NCBI GenBank assembly: GCA_030704615.1
Contig: CM060734.1
Coordinates: 45,570,001-45,634,000 of the forward strand
Length of the DNA: 64,000 nucleotides
Direction of reading: 5' to 3'
Source: Takakia lepidozioides
Lineage: Eukaryota; Plantae; Bryophyta
Below, piece by piece: positions 52,689-64,000 of this stretch. The notes under the pieces are model-generated. The model did not search any database and was not told where the DNA came from. It saw nothing but the letters and a program-made list of their open reading frames with translations. The translations under genes were made by a program, and so were the position numbers. The stretch's first letter is position 1; every line of letters starts with the position of its first letter.

Positions 52689-52919
52689 TGCTGGAAATTC
52701 TAATATTGGTGACCATTTCTATCTCTGCCTCTTGTGTGTGCTGCTTGTGTTTGTAGTCAGGTGATGTCGGATTAGTCTGTGAGAACCACCACGGTGTAGC
52801 TGAGCAGGCAGAGATGGAAACACGGCCTGTTAAGACCAAGCTGACTCTCCCAAGAACCTTGTAAACATTAGGAAGAATACCAAATCATGGTACTAACAGG
52901 AGCCAAGAGCCCACATTTT

Positions 52920-55900
52920 GCATCTGCGATCGGTGTGTGAAACAAATCCCTCCGCACTCCACAAATCATGCATACACCCTCGCCTTGCCTCGATTGTTCC
53001 ACAAATCCCTCCGCACTCCAGAAATCACGCATCCTCGCCTTGCCTCGATGCTTCTCCTCGTCTCACTCCACCATCCATGGCAGTTCGCTCCCCAGAGCAA
53101 CGAGAGGTGCTGAACACAGCCGCAAACTGCTCCTACTGGAAGACTTTCTCCTCTTGGAAGACCCCAACGCCAACGTACCCCTACCCCTAGCTCACATGTT
53201 CCTGATGCGCACCAGAGTCCAAGCTCCAGACACCAAGTTCAAGAAGAGTCGTCATCTTCACAACGGTCTTCTTCCACTGCTGATTCCAGGTTCTTCCATT
53301 GGCGCCCCACCGACTGAAGAACTCCCATAGTGTCTGTTGAGCCCTCCCCCGCTGCGTCTCTCAGGTAGGGTTCGAGGTCCCACGCCAGTCACTTCTCCTC
53401 CAGGTTCTCCATCCCATTCTCAGCAGCGGCTTCAAGGCAGCCCAACTCCTCTTGGTCATGAGCCTCTCCACGTGTCTTCTTCTCCAGTTGTGCAGCCTGC
53501 ATTGCCGACCCTATCACTCTTACCCCAACAGTAGGCGCCTCTCCCATCAGACCATACCCCATGCCCAGCTTGCGGTCGTCTTTTTGCGCACATCGGAGGG
53601 CTCGCGCGACACCAGCGCACGTGTGCGGCTCTTCATCAGTCCCACACAAATGGTACTTCTCCATTTCAGCCCAGTGTCTTGCACGCGCCACCTCCTGCCT
53701 CTGCTTGGCATTGGCTTTCAGCGCTAGATGTTCTGAGCGCATTTCAGCTAGGACTGCCAATGCCTCGTCTTTATACAAAAATTCCGGTGGCACTACGTCA
53801 TGAGGTCCAACTGGCACTCCGTCTACCCTTAGACAGGCTGGCTCGTGATCCTGATGATATACCAGCATGGTATCTTTTCTTGTTATTTCCTCAGTGGTGT
53901 TTGGTTTTGCCCCCTCGTGGCGGTCAGTCAGGGCACAGAGAGACGCACATCCGTCTTCGCCGTTTTTTATCTGGAGATTGGGAGAGTCTGTAAGATGAGC
54001 ATCAATTACGGGCACTAGCCCTTGCAGCATGCGTCCCTCTCGCTTCCTCCACGCAGCCACCCTCATCGGCCCACAAGCGACTTCGTCATAGTCTCATGTT
54101 AGGCCGCGTTGGCAAGTATTCACGCGCGGCCAAGGCTTTAGCACCTTTCTCACTAGCGCCTCCATCACCGGATACTGTCACTGCTCTCGAAGCCCTTCAC
54201 CCATCAGCTCAGGATATTCTGCCGCTTTTTGTTGAGGACTTCGAGCCAGACCAGGATCTCAAGCTAGATCGGGAGGTCTTCACTCAGGCCTTCACGCGCA
54301 GTCCTCATCTTGCAGCGACAGGTCCTTCCGGTCTCCTGTATGAGCACTTACGCGATTGTTTCTCTCCACATGACTCTGCTAGTGGCTTCTCTCAGCTATT
54401 TCAAATTTGCTCATTTATTGCTGCTGGCCGTATCCCTGCCCCAGTGGCCCGTCTCATTGGGGCCTCCAGATTGTTGGCTATGAGCAAACCCTCAGGTACT
54501 GGCATCCGCCCTATCGCAGTTGGAGAGGTTCTTTACCGCCTTGTCAGCCGCTCACTTTGTCTTAAGTTTCGAGATGCCTTCTCCGGACACCTCTTTCCGC
54601 ACCAGTTCGGGGTCGCCACTCCAGGCGGTTGCGAGGCGATGGTTCAGGGGATTCGTGCAGCTCTTGATCTTTATCCGGATTGGGTGGTTTTCCAGGTCGA
54701 CGTCACCAACGCTTTCAACACTATGTCACGAGCGGCTATCTTTCAGGAGCTCCGTTCAGCTGGAGGAGATTTCCACCAGCTCATTCCGTTTGTTCGATTA
54801 TTCTATGCATCCACCACTCCCCTATACTACAGTCATCATTCTCGCCTAGGAGAGTGCTCCATCATTCAGTCCGAGGTTGGGACCCGTCAAGGCGACCCTT
54901 TATGATGACCTTTGTTTGCCATGGCTCATGTCCGCGCCCTCACGGCTTCTGCACAAGTTCACTCATCTTGTCTTTTTCCGTCGGTGGCAGACGACACGCA
55001 CATTGTAGGCCCTGCCTCACAGGTACTTTCAGCTTACTGTCATTTTGTCACCCAACTCTATGCCGTGGGCCTTTCAGTGCAACCTCGCAAATGTGCGGTG
55101 TGGTCTCCGTCCGGTCTCCCTGCAGATTTTGTCCTCCCTGCTCACTTCATTGCTCTGCCCAATGGCATCAGAATCCTGGGAGTCCCTTTTGGCACCACCC
55201 AGTTCACAACGTCCTTCTTGGAAAATGCACTCCACCAAGATGCCACCCACGTCGATCTCCTTCCTAGGCTCGGAGATGTATAGGTAGCATATGGAATCTT
55301 GACCAAATGTTTCCTTCAGCGTCCCTCATATCTCTTGCGCACTGTTCCACCCAGCCCAGATTTCCTATACCTCTTATCTGGGTTTGATACTACCATGATA
55401 ACTATCTTCGGGAGATTGTTAGGACCAGGAGCTCTGGAGGGTGCTCAGGGACTTTTGCCACGACAGCAAGCTACCTTGCCCGTCTCTTCCGGTGGTGTGG
55501 ATCTTTTGTCCACTGTCACTACCGCCCCGTCAGCTTTCCTCGGCAGTTGGGCATTGGTGGCGCCAGCCCTCGCTTCACGATTTCTCTGTGACCATCGTCC
55601 CATCCTTATGGACGCCATTGCACATGTCGATAGTGACATTTTACCCTTCCAGCAACATCTCCGCTCTGCACGAAATCTTCTTCCGACACCGGCGCGAGCA
55701 TGTCTACCACCATTTGAGCAGTTGGTTGCTCAAGGCCTCGACCATCTTCAAGAGTCCATTTCTAAGCGCGTGCACCGTCATTCCTTTTCCGGCATGCTCT
55801 CAAGTGCTTCTTCTGAGTTGCATCGAGCCCGACTTCTATCATGCGCAGGACCCGGAGCAGGGGCATGGTTGACAGCACGACCCACTATCGCACATTTTTG

Positions 55901-56770
55901 CCTCTCATCCCCTATTTTCACTACTGTGCTCCGCCTTCGACTCGGTTTGCCTCATCCTTCGGCATTGGGTCTTCTGTCTTCAGCCTATCGATGACCTTGC
56001 CATCCATCTCCTCCGCTGTCCATGTGGCGGTGAGCGCACTGCGACTCATGATATGGTTCGCGATGCGGTGGCATCTATTGCTCGGGAGGCAGGGTATCAT
56101 GTACTGCGTGAGCAACCACATCTACGACCCACGCTCACGTCCCACTCTACACGCCGCCGTGTTGACATCGTCCTATCTAGAGATGGTTTGCGTACCTTAG
56201 CAGATGTCGTTCTCGCCGACCCCACTCGAGCGGATCTGCTATCTCGCACAGCTACCACACCAGGCACGGCAGCCACTATAGCAGCCCAGGCCAAGGAGCG
56301 CGACTACAGCGATCGTCACCCCACCGACACATTTCTTCCACTGGCGGTCGAAATATTTGGCTCATTGCACCGGCACTTCGACGATTTCCTGCGGACATGT
56401 GTACATCATGCAGCCAAGAGCGGGTCCGCTGGCATCCCACATGCCTCCGTCCTTGTCGCCTACTATCGACAACGTGTTTCAGTTGCTTTGCAGAGAGCAC
56501 AAACCATCTCTATTTTGCATCGGGCTGATGTGGCTAGCTCCGCGTCATCTCGTCTTCCGACTTTGCCTGACACTTTGCCTATCTCCTTGCCTGATCTCCT
56601 CCAGGTTGTTGGCTGGGAGGGTCGCTCTGCTCGAGTAGTTTACTATAGCTTCTGTTTTCGTCGCTGGTTGAGTAGCTTACTATAGCTTTTGTTTTTTTCT
56701 CTAGCTGAGTAGCTTACTACAGCTTTTTGTTTTCTTCTCTTGTTTCTTGTTCCCCCCGCCCCCCCCTTTT
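52920..56770 (+). mobile_element. Near full-length RT + restriction-like endonuclease non-LTR retrotransposon (CRE-like), disrupted by stops
   Basis: N-terminal CPACGRLFAHIGGLARHQRTC finger (about 53560-53625); GIRPIAVGEVLYRL, HQFGV, DVTNAFN, GTRQGDPL, ADD, ILGVPFG; HLLRCPCGGERTATHD; RVDIV..DV..DP..KERDY..FLPLAVEIFG. Short tandem repeats lie in both UTRs. Confidence 0.9.
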
Positions 56771-58945
56771 TTGAACTTCACATCATATGCACGTTCACCC
56801 ATTGTACATGTTGTAAATAAAGTCTTAGAGGGTTTCATCATAGAAAGAGACCTTACATATTTTTACATTAAAAGTTTGATGGAGGGCGCTTGCTCCAATG
56901 ACATGTCGGAATATGAATGATGGAACTCCTAGAGCCTGGCCCACATATTATTGTTTCCCTGACCGAAAATCTTTGAGGTACATGGAAATTGCGTGAAGAA
57001 GGTTGACCGATGTTGGAGGATCTAGAGTCACAAGCTTGATCACACGAAACACAAAGTTAGGTGCAATTCCGTTCCGAGAGCGCTCGAAATCTGAAAACAA
57101 TCGGCCAGTCACAGGATGCCAACCATTTCGACTTTGGGTTACACGGAAATGCACTCATTATCCAATACTTATTACACAGATGCAAGCAAGAGAATCAGAC
57201 TCCTTCAATTGTGACCTTCGTTGCCACACCTGGCTGTTTACAAAAATAACACATACGCCGTGCATTTGTGTGTGTGTGAGAGAGAGAGAGAGATTCTACT
57301 TCGAGCTGACAAATTAGTGACCAAAAACAGTTGGAAAAGCGAAAGATTGCAGCCTGATTTCACCTGAAACTAGCAACACTGAAGAGAAGTCGAAGGAGGG
57401 GCTGCGGGCACCTTGGCAACATGGCGATGGTTAATCCAACCTTCAACGGCTGCTCTGTAAGTGCGTGCATTCTGTGTATTTTTTGATGGCGTGAGAAGGA
57501 GTCCTGTAATTCGACAAGGCATTCTCATACTAGCTTTCAGTGTAAACCTGGATCGAGTGGTAAGATAAACCAGCTCCAATGCAATGGCTATGTGGCTACA
57601 CTTAGTTTCTTTCTCTTTCCTCTCATTCCACTATGAAGACTAGCGGGTTGTGGAAATAAAGTGCAACAGATTGATGAACGTGAGAGTAGGGAAGGAAGCC
57701 AGAAACGGGGAATTGTGGAGCTTACAGTAGAAAGCAGGCAAACTCAACCACAAAGGGCTGTATGCACCGAGCACAGACTGCATACGTCGAGAGAAAAAGA
57801 GAAGGACGCATATTTCAGTTGGATATGTGTAGATGCTGAACGCTTTGGCAAGTTGCTCGCTGGTCTTTAGCATTCTAGAAGTTCACTGCTGTCCTGAATT
57901 TGCAACAGATGGTTTTCATTATCGTGGTGATGCAATGTAAGGTTGCAAGAGGGGGAATTGGGTGTGATCATTCTCATCCTAGAAGTGGAGGTCATTGTAG
58001 GGCTGCCAGGTAAAGTTAAGTCTATATCTAGATGTTGCCACTTCTCACAAGCCAGTTGTCACTACTTTTTGCATCTACACCCTCCCCTGTAATCTGATCA
58101 TGGAAATAAACTTCATCTGATCTGTGTTGTGTGACTGACATGCATTCAATGTATATTGCCTTTACGTTTCTTGCAATTGATGTGATGGTGGCAGCTGATT
58201 CCCTGTGGGCTTGCTGAAGCATGCGTCCATGAATACCCTGGTGGTCCTTATGATTGTAACTGGTCTGAGGTTGGTCTCTCACAACTCTGACCTAGAAGGG
58301 TAGAATTCAGTGGGGTTACTTGTAGCAAGAATTTGCTTTGTAGTCTCAGAGGTGGATTGGCAAGCTGAGATTCTTTCTAATGGTGTTTTGGAGGAGTTCA
58401 GAAGATAGGTTGGAGGACATTTGTTCTCATAATTGCTGAGGTAGTTGTCCGTGCCCCCCAATATGTATATCATCAACTTCTTTTTATGGGAGTGCAAACA
58501 AGCATGTTACCTTAAAGAGCTTATTCCAATTCACATCATTTGAGGTTTTTCTTATTCACCTAATCATGTGATAGTGGGGCAAGATGGCTTCGTGCAAAAC
58601 AACAACACCCAGATGTGTTTGGAAACAAGGGTATATTCGAAGGGGCCCTGTCCATGTTGGTCAACACAGCCCCACTTCAACAGAAGAACTGAAGAGGTGG
58701 GTTGGTCCAGGTCAGGTCACAAGTGCAGTTTGTCTCGTGGAGCAATGTATTTGGCTCGTTGATTGATGTAGTGTATTGAAGTATGCCAGAGATCCTTCCT
58801 AGTCAGATGAACAATGCAACTGTATGGGTTCAGATCACAAAAAGCACTGAGGACTGGCTGTTCAATTCATTAAGTGGTGGTGAATATACTTTTCTTTGAT
58901 GTGATGCTTCTGGAACTTCAGCCTATCAAAGTTGAACTCTGACAG

Positions 58946-61900
58946 GAAAGGGGATGGATTTCGATCATCAGTCTGCCAGATTCTCAGGATGATGAGGGTG
59001 AGTTTGTAGAGAGCTTCACAATTGAGGATGGGACTTTTGAGGAAACGTTCCCATCAATACGGGACGCCATTACCGAAGAGAAGGGACCAGACGATAGATT
59101 CAGTTTGATACCTGAGGAATGGAGGCTACTGCAGGAGGAGCTGCAGGAGGAGCTGACCATGACCAAAGAAGAGCAAAAGAGAGAGGCCAGAAACGCACTG
59201 GAAGTAAGGGCTGAAAGAATTGAGAACCAGAGAAGGCTCAATCTTCTCAAGCGAGATGCTGGGCATGAAGCATACCGCCGACGGTTTTTCCCTAGGGTAC
59301 TTCTTTGGGAAGATGAGAGCAAAAACGATAAGGAACAGGAGGATGAGTGGGGTGGAAATCCTGCCAAGAATACATACGACTCGAACATGGATGCAATGGG
59401 TGAGTTTATACACCAGACATTTGACAAACGTCTGTTGATGACATATGTTGGTAACAATCTTTCTAAGACATAGTTGGGAAAGCAGAGGTGAGACATCCTG
59501 TGCGCTTGCAACGGGCCATACCAAGGAATCCACGGCTTGCACTTGGTGATGCTACCTTTGAGGATGTAGCGAGATGGTTTCAAGACGACTGTGAAGACTC
59601 TGAAGAAAAGCCGTCCTGCTTGGGGGGAAATGGCAAGGAAGTTAAAGTAAGCTCTGAATTCTGCTTTCTACAGAAACTTCTACTGGAATTGGAGGTGCTT
59701 TTGTGCTAGCTCCATATTTCTTACCCTGTTGACTAGGAGGAAAAGCAATGAGTGAGTGAGAGGGGAGTTGTGTGGTACTTGTCATCTGGTTACTGCCTGG
59801 GTGTAACAAATTAGTTACGCTGTGGTACTGTGCTCATACAGCTTGTATCGCCCTCCCTTGTCTTCCCATATTCATAGTTGCTTTCAGTCATCCTTGTTGG
59901 CAAGTTACCCTTAACACAGACGTACAATCATTTTCTCTGAAATTGGAAGTGCTATTGTATGTTTGACCAGAATTTGTACTAATCTGTCTATGAAACTGCT
60001 GTTCTGAGTTGTAGGAGCTATCAGTTCCACAGCTTCTGTCAGCTGAAGAAAAAGCAATGCTGGAAAGCCCGGACGTCAACCTTGCCAGAATCTCTTCAGT
60101 GAGTAACTTCTGATACACACTGCTCCAGCGTGGATTCCTGCCAGTTGGTCCAAGTTTTTCCCACCATGCTGCTGTCCATTTTGGTTGTACTAAACAGTTG
60201 TATTTGTGGGGAATGCAGGAGAATTGGACTCCATTACACACACTAGCAGCATCAGGGCAGATCAATCTTGTGAACCAGCTTTTGAGGCTCGGTGCAGATG
60301 TGAATGCTATAGACATGGTATGTATAATGCAAGAAGACTGTCAATGCCCAAGAGAAAATATATAATGGTTGAAGGTTGGGTTGCACAGATGTCTGTAAGG
60401 CACCACAATGCTGAAGGACCGGTTTTTATTTAAGGCAATGTTGCAACCTTGTTGCCCCGGTTATGGCAATTAGAACGTGTCCACCTTCCCAATGGAAGCA
60501 GTAGCCTGGTTTGGGGTGAAGTGGTTTAGGATTGCTTTGCCTTCATAAAAATGCGGAGTCCATGCCTTCTCTATTAGTCAAAGTCTTCGGTATGATTTCA
60601 TTACTCGGTAACTAGGGTCAATACTGGCTCCCTGCTGATGACAGCACACTAGCTATCATAAGAACTTCCACTTTTTAGTTACAGCCATTAGATGCCTTAA
60701 TACTACGTGCCCAACTGCCCAGTCATCATAGGCCTGGTTACCCTAGTTGGCTTCAAAGGTCTGGAAAGGGGCTGCAGGATGTTTGACTGCTTGACAGTTC
60801 CTACAAATGTCGCATCATTGCTGTGTACATCATCCTCTATTTCTAAAGAGTACCTAAGAGTTCATTTATCAAAGAGGAAGGAACCAAGGTTTTCTGAATT
60901 CAAAGACAACAAGGATGGATTTTTTCCAGGATGGCATGACAGCTTTGCACTGGGCTGTGCTCCACGGGCGAGAATCCATGGCTAACCACCTTCTTAAAGC
61001 TGGTGCAAATGTGCAGGCCACAGACATGGTAAGTTCTGCTCTCAACTGGCTTTCTTCCGTATTTGTCAGTTGACATGTACACTCTATATTCTCTATCTCC
61101 TCATGAAGGCAGGCCCTTTGTGGCTCTGTCAGGCTTACTCACTTGTGTCTCCAGCCAATATTGACCTGGGTTCAACTGCAGGCTGGTGCTACAGCGTTGC
61201 ATTATGCAGTACAGACAGCCAATGGTACCTTAATCAAACTCTTGATCCAGCACCGTATCAATGTCAACTCATGTGATAATGTGAGACTTCTTGGCCTTAC
61301 TCATCTCATCACCTGCACAGAGAGAGCACAGGGGAAGGGGAGGAAGATGGTAGGTATTTCCAAGTTTTCCACTTGTATGGAGTTCTTATGATTAATGAAG
61401 GGGTGCAAATACTAATCTGGAAACGACCCACGACCAGATGCTCCGTGTCAGTGTCATGCTAACAGACAAACCTGTAGAGTTCCAAGGCAGGGGGGTCCCC
61501 ATGAAAACCTAACTTCACTAAACGTAGTAATATGATTGTAAAGGGACTGCATATCAGGATGCAAAGAAGAGAGCTAGAAGCCCACAGGACATGTCTGCGG
61601 CAGAGTTGAAGGTGCAAAGATTGGTGGATCTTGGGTTTGATCGTGCAGCAGTTCTCCATGCCCTCGCTCTCTTCAAGGGAAATGAAGAGCAAGCTGCTAG
61701 CTATCTATTTGGAGGCTAATGATGGCTTAAGCTGTGCATCATTCTTAGAAGCGAGGCTTTCTAGACAGCCCGCTTTGCAGAAGAGTTTCAATCTACAATT
61801 GAATTTTGTGTAATTCCTGGATAGAAAAATAAATGCATGGAGACTCCCGTGGATTGGTGTGCCAAAGAAATTTCCTGTAAAGGCACCATTGAAAAGCTCC

Positions 61901-62305
61901 ACAATCATTCATCAACACATTTTAGACATTTCATTGTTTTGTGGGTGCACAGGATGGATGGACACCACTCCATGTAGCTGTGCAAAGTGGAAGATCGGAC
62001 ATTGTGAAGCTTTTGCTTGAGTGTGGCGCTGCGATCACTCTTGCAAACAAGGTATTCTTACGCAGTGAATGGAGGGTCTAAGAGAGTAGATGGGGAAGAT
62101 GAATAGGGCAGGTGTGAGCAATTCTCAGATGATTGTCCTTGTCTTTGGTCCTCTTAGACCCTATGCACTGTGGAAAGACAAGAACTGACAAGTTTTTGCC
62201 CATGTTTTGTGGCAGGATGGCAACACACCAGTCGATATGGCGGTGTCATATAGCCTGGGTTTTGGATTCTCCAATATATATGATCTGCTGAAAACACGCA
62301 GTTAG
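58946..62305 (+). CDS. Plastid-type ankyrin-repeat protein, AKRP/EMB506 family (5' exons probably at about 57420-57850, unresolved)
   Basis: [35 protein letters not shown], then one ankyrin repeat per exon: [51 protein letters not shown]. One frame break lies near 59465. Confidence 0.85.
61559..61719 (+). pseudogene. DDI1-type C-terminal UBA domain fragment inside an ankyrin-gene intron
   Basis: [53 protein letters not shown] has the UBA LGF loop and the GNEEQAA..LFG end typical of plant DDI1. Confidence 0.75.
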
Positions 62306-62492
62306 GTGTGATTGGACAAACAAACTCTTTACCAGAGAAAACATTGGCAGACTGCTTGGCAAAGACAAGCAGCATGAGTCAGTAAATAGTTGATGAAAGA
62401 GCATTAGCACTCCTCCAGAAGGGTACTTGTGAATTTAGGATACTCTTCCCCTGCCTGCTTTTCTCAGTTTCTTGGATGTGTGTATGGACAAC

Positions 62493-62669
62493 AAAACAAC
62501 CAACATGTAGCCCATTGGTAAGGGCATATACCCTCTTGGTTGTGGGTTCAAACCACCCTGTTGGTTGTTACAAGGGTGTCCACCTTCCTACCGGAAGGCA
62601 GTAGCCCTACTGGGTCAAGTGACACCATAAGTTACTCTTGCTTCGGCAGTGCGCCCACCTTTTTTTTTA
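62493..62669 (+). mobile_element. tRNA-derived SINE with poly(T) tail
   Basis: A-box TAGCCCATTGG (about 62508), B-box GGTTCAAAC (about 62545), 3' T-run and 9-bp TSD ATGGACAAC at 62484-62492 and 62670-62678. Confidence 0.8.
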
Positions 62670-63349
62670 ATGGACAACGAGAGGTCACATTGTACAACGT
62701 AAGAATCATAACTTGCATGTCGGTGTCAGCATTTAGCTGATCTCTGAATTGGAGGGAAGTTGGCGAACATCAAGGAGTTGGGAACAAAAAACAGCGCCCA
62801 CCTTGTAAGAGGGTTGGACTGCAGAGCGAAGAAGATGGAGACCACAAGAAGGACAAACACGGGACAGAAGAGTATAAATGAGACAAAACGTAAAGGTATT
62901 ATAAAGGTATTATTTCAGTTCTAGCGACGACCGAAGGTCGGAAGCTAGTTTAGCGTAGAGCAGGAATAGGGTGCCAAAGTGCCACGTTTTTGTCGCCACG
63001 TCATCGTTGCCACGTTTCATCGCCACGTTTCGTCGCCACGTTTCGTCGCCAAATTCTGTCGAGTCTGCCCGAACTGCCCGAACTTGTCACTCACGCGCTC
63101 GCCCTGCCGCTTCTTTCTCGCTCGCTGTCTCTGTGCGCGTCTGCCTTTGTGCGCTAGGTGTGGTTGCTGGAATCATGTGGTGTGGAGGGATAGCACCAAC
63201 AATGCACGAGAAATTCACAACGAGGAGGAGAAGAAGCATTTGGAGGGGGGGAGGTCACATTAATCTGAAAGTGAAGGGTTAGGTAATGGAAGCCCATGGC
63301 ATTTTTGTAGAGTTTGTTTCCCTGTTGGCCTTGAAGTTGTTAGGATCGT

Positions 63350-64000
63350 AGAGAATGGCACTTCTGGGCATGTGAAGATGCTTTGTGCGGCAGGCAGTCT
63401 GACAGAGCCTCTACAGACTTTAAACCAAGGAGGCATTTTAGCAGATTCAGATACATATGTCTGTCTCTTGCTTAAGTGCATCAAGATGGAAGGTCTGGAA
63501 GCTGGAAAGCAGATGCACACTCACATTATCCAAAGTGGATTCGCGCCAAAAGTTTTTCTACTCGACACCCTTGTCAACATGTACCAGATGTCATCCTGAA
63601 CATTGCCCTGTTGGACCTGTATGTCAAATGTGAATGCATCGAGGATGCAAAGGGAGCGTTCGACAGGATGACTGAACGAAATGTGGTGTCGTGGAATTCA
63701 ATGATCGCAGGATATGCCCAGCATGGTTGTCATAGGGAGGTCCTGCAACTATTTGAAGGAATGTAAACGAACGGCTTGAAGCCGGACAGTATCACCTTTA
63801 TATGTGGTCTCTCTGGAAGATGGTCAACTGAATGCAGCAGTTGCAGCAGCACAGTTGATGAAATAAGGCACCTCATCCATGGCCGCATCTTCTGAAAGAG
63901 GATCAAGAGAGGGAGTCCACAATACCTCTTCTGGCACTTCTGGGCATGTGAAGATACTTCGTGCGACAGGCAGACTGGCAGAGGCTCAAACCAAGGAAGC
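63350..64000 (+). pseudogene. PPR gene 5' fragment(s), frameshifted, running off the window
   Basis: LCAAGSLTE..TYVCLLLKC..GKQMHTHIIQSG; ALLDLYVKCECIEDAKGAFDRMTERNVVSWNSMIAGYAQHG. The N-terminal module restarts at about 63930. Confidence 0.75.

Noticed and set aside
53389-54066. 225-aa minus-strand ORF
   Set aside because: Antisense to the retrotransposon ORF, with no recognisable domain.
59455-59490. Programmed frameshift in the ankyrin gene
   Set aside because: No slippery site or stimulatory structure is evident; an indel error or recent lesion is more likely.

Overview
Eukaryotic nuclear DNA from a land plant: spliceosomal introns, a PLS-DYW PPR gene, a germin-like gene and a PSPG-box UGT. 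The gene style suggests a seed-free plant, but I cannot assign the species. Host genes are a germin-like protein, a 5-exon UDP-glycosyltransferase, a MYCBP/AMY-1 homologue, tRNA-Lys(UUU), a broken PPR-DYW cluster and an AKRP/EMB506-type ankyrin gene. Mobile DNA includes a 5'-truncated L1 LINE, two copies of another non-LTR element's 3' end, an RT+RLE (CRE-like) retrotransposon and a tRNA-derived SINE. The main feature is a 17.3-kb Mutator-like element (19783-37057) with an exact 9-bp target-site duplication (TTTGTGCAA). Its 2-3 kb inverted termini are built from an 8-bp motif (GGGTTACA/TGTAACCC). It encodes a DDE/SWIM transposase, a Ulp1/C48 protease and an orphan zinc-finger region. The same 8-bp motif fills its introns and spacers, and variants appear in an apparent coding repeat. 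This resembles the VANDAL/VANC sequence-specific anti-silencing architecture, but with a different motif and a different candidate reader protein. Many frameshifts, especially inside repeats, could be consensus errors rather than true pseudogenisation. Exon borders were read by eye and element borders without a TSD are approximate.
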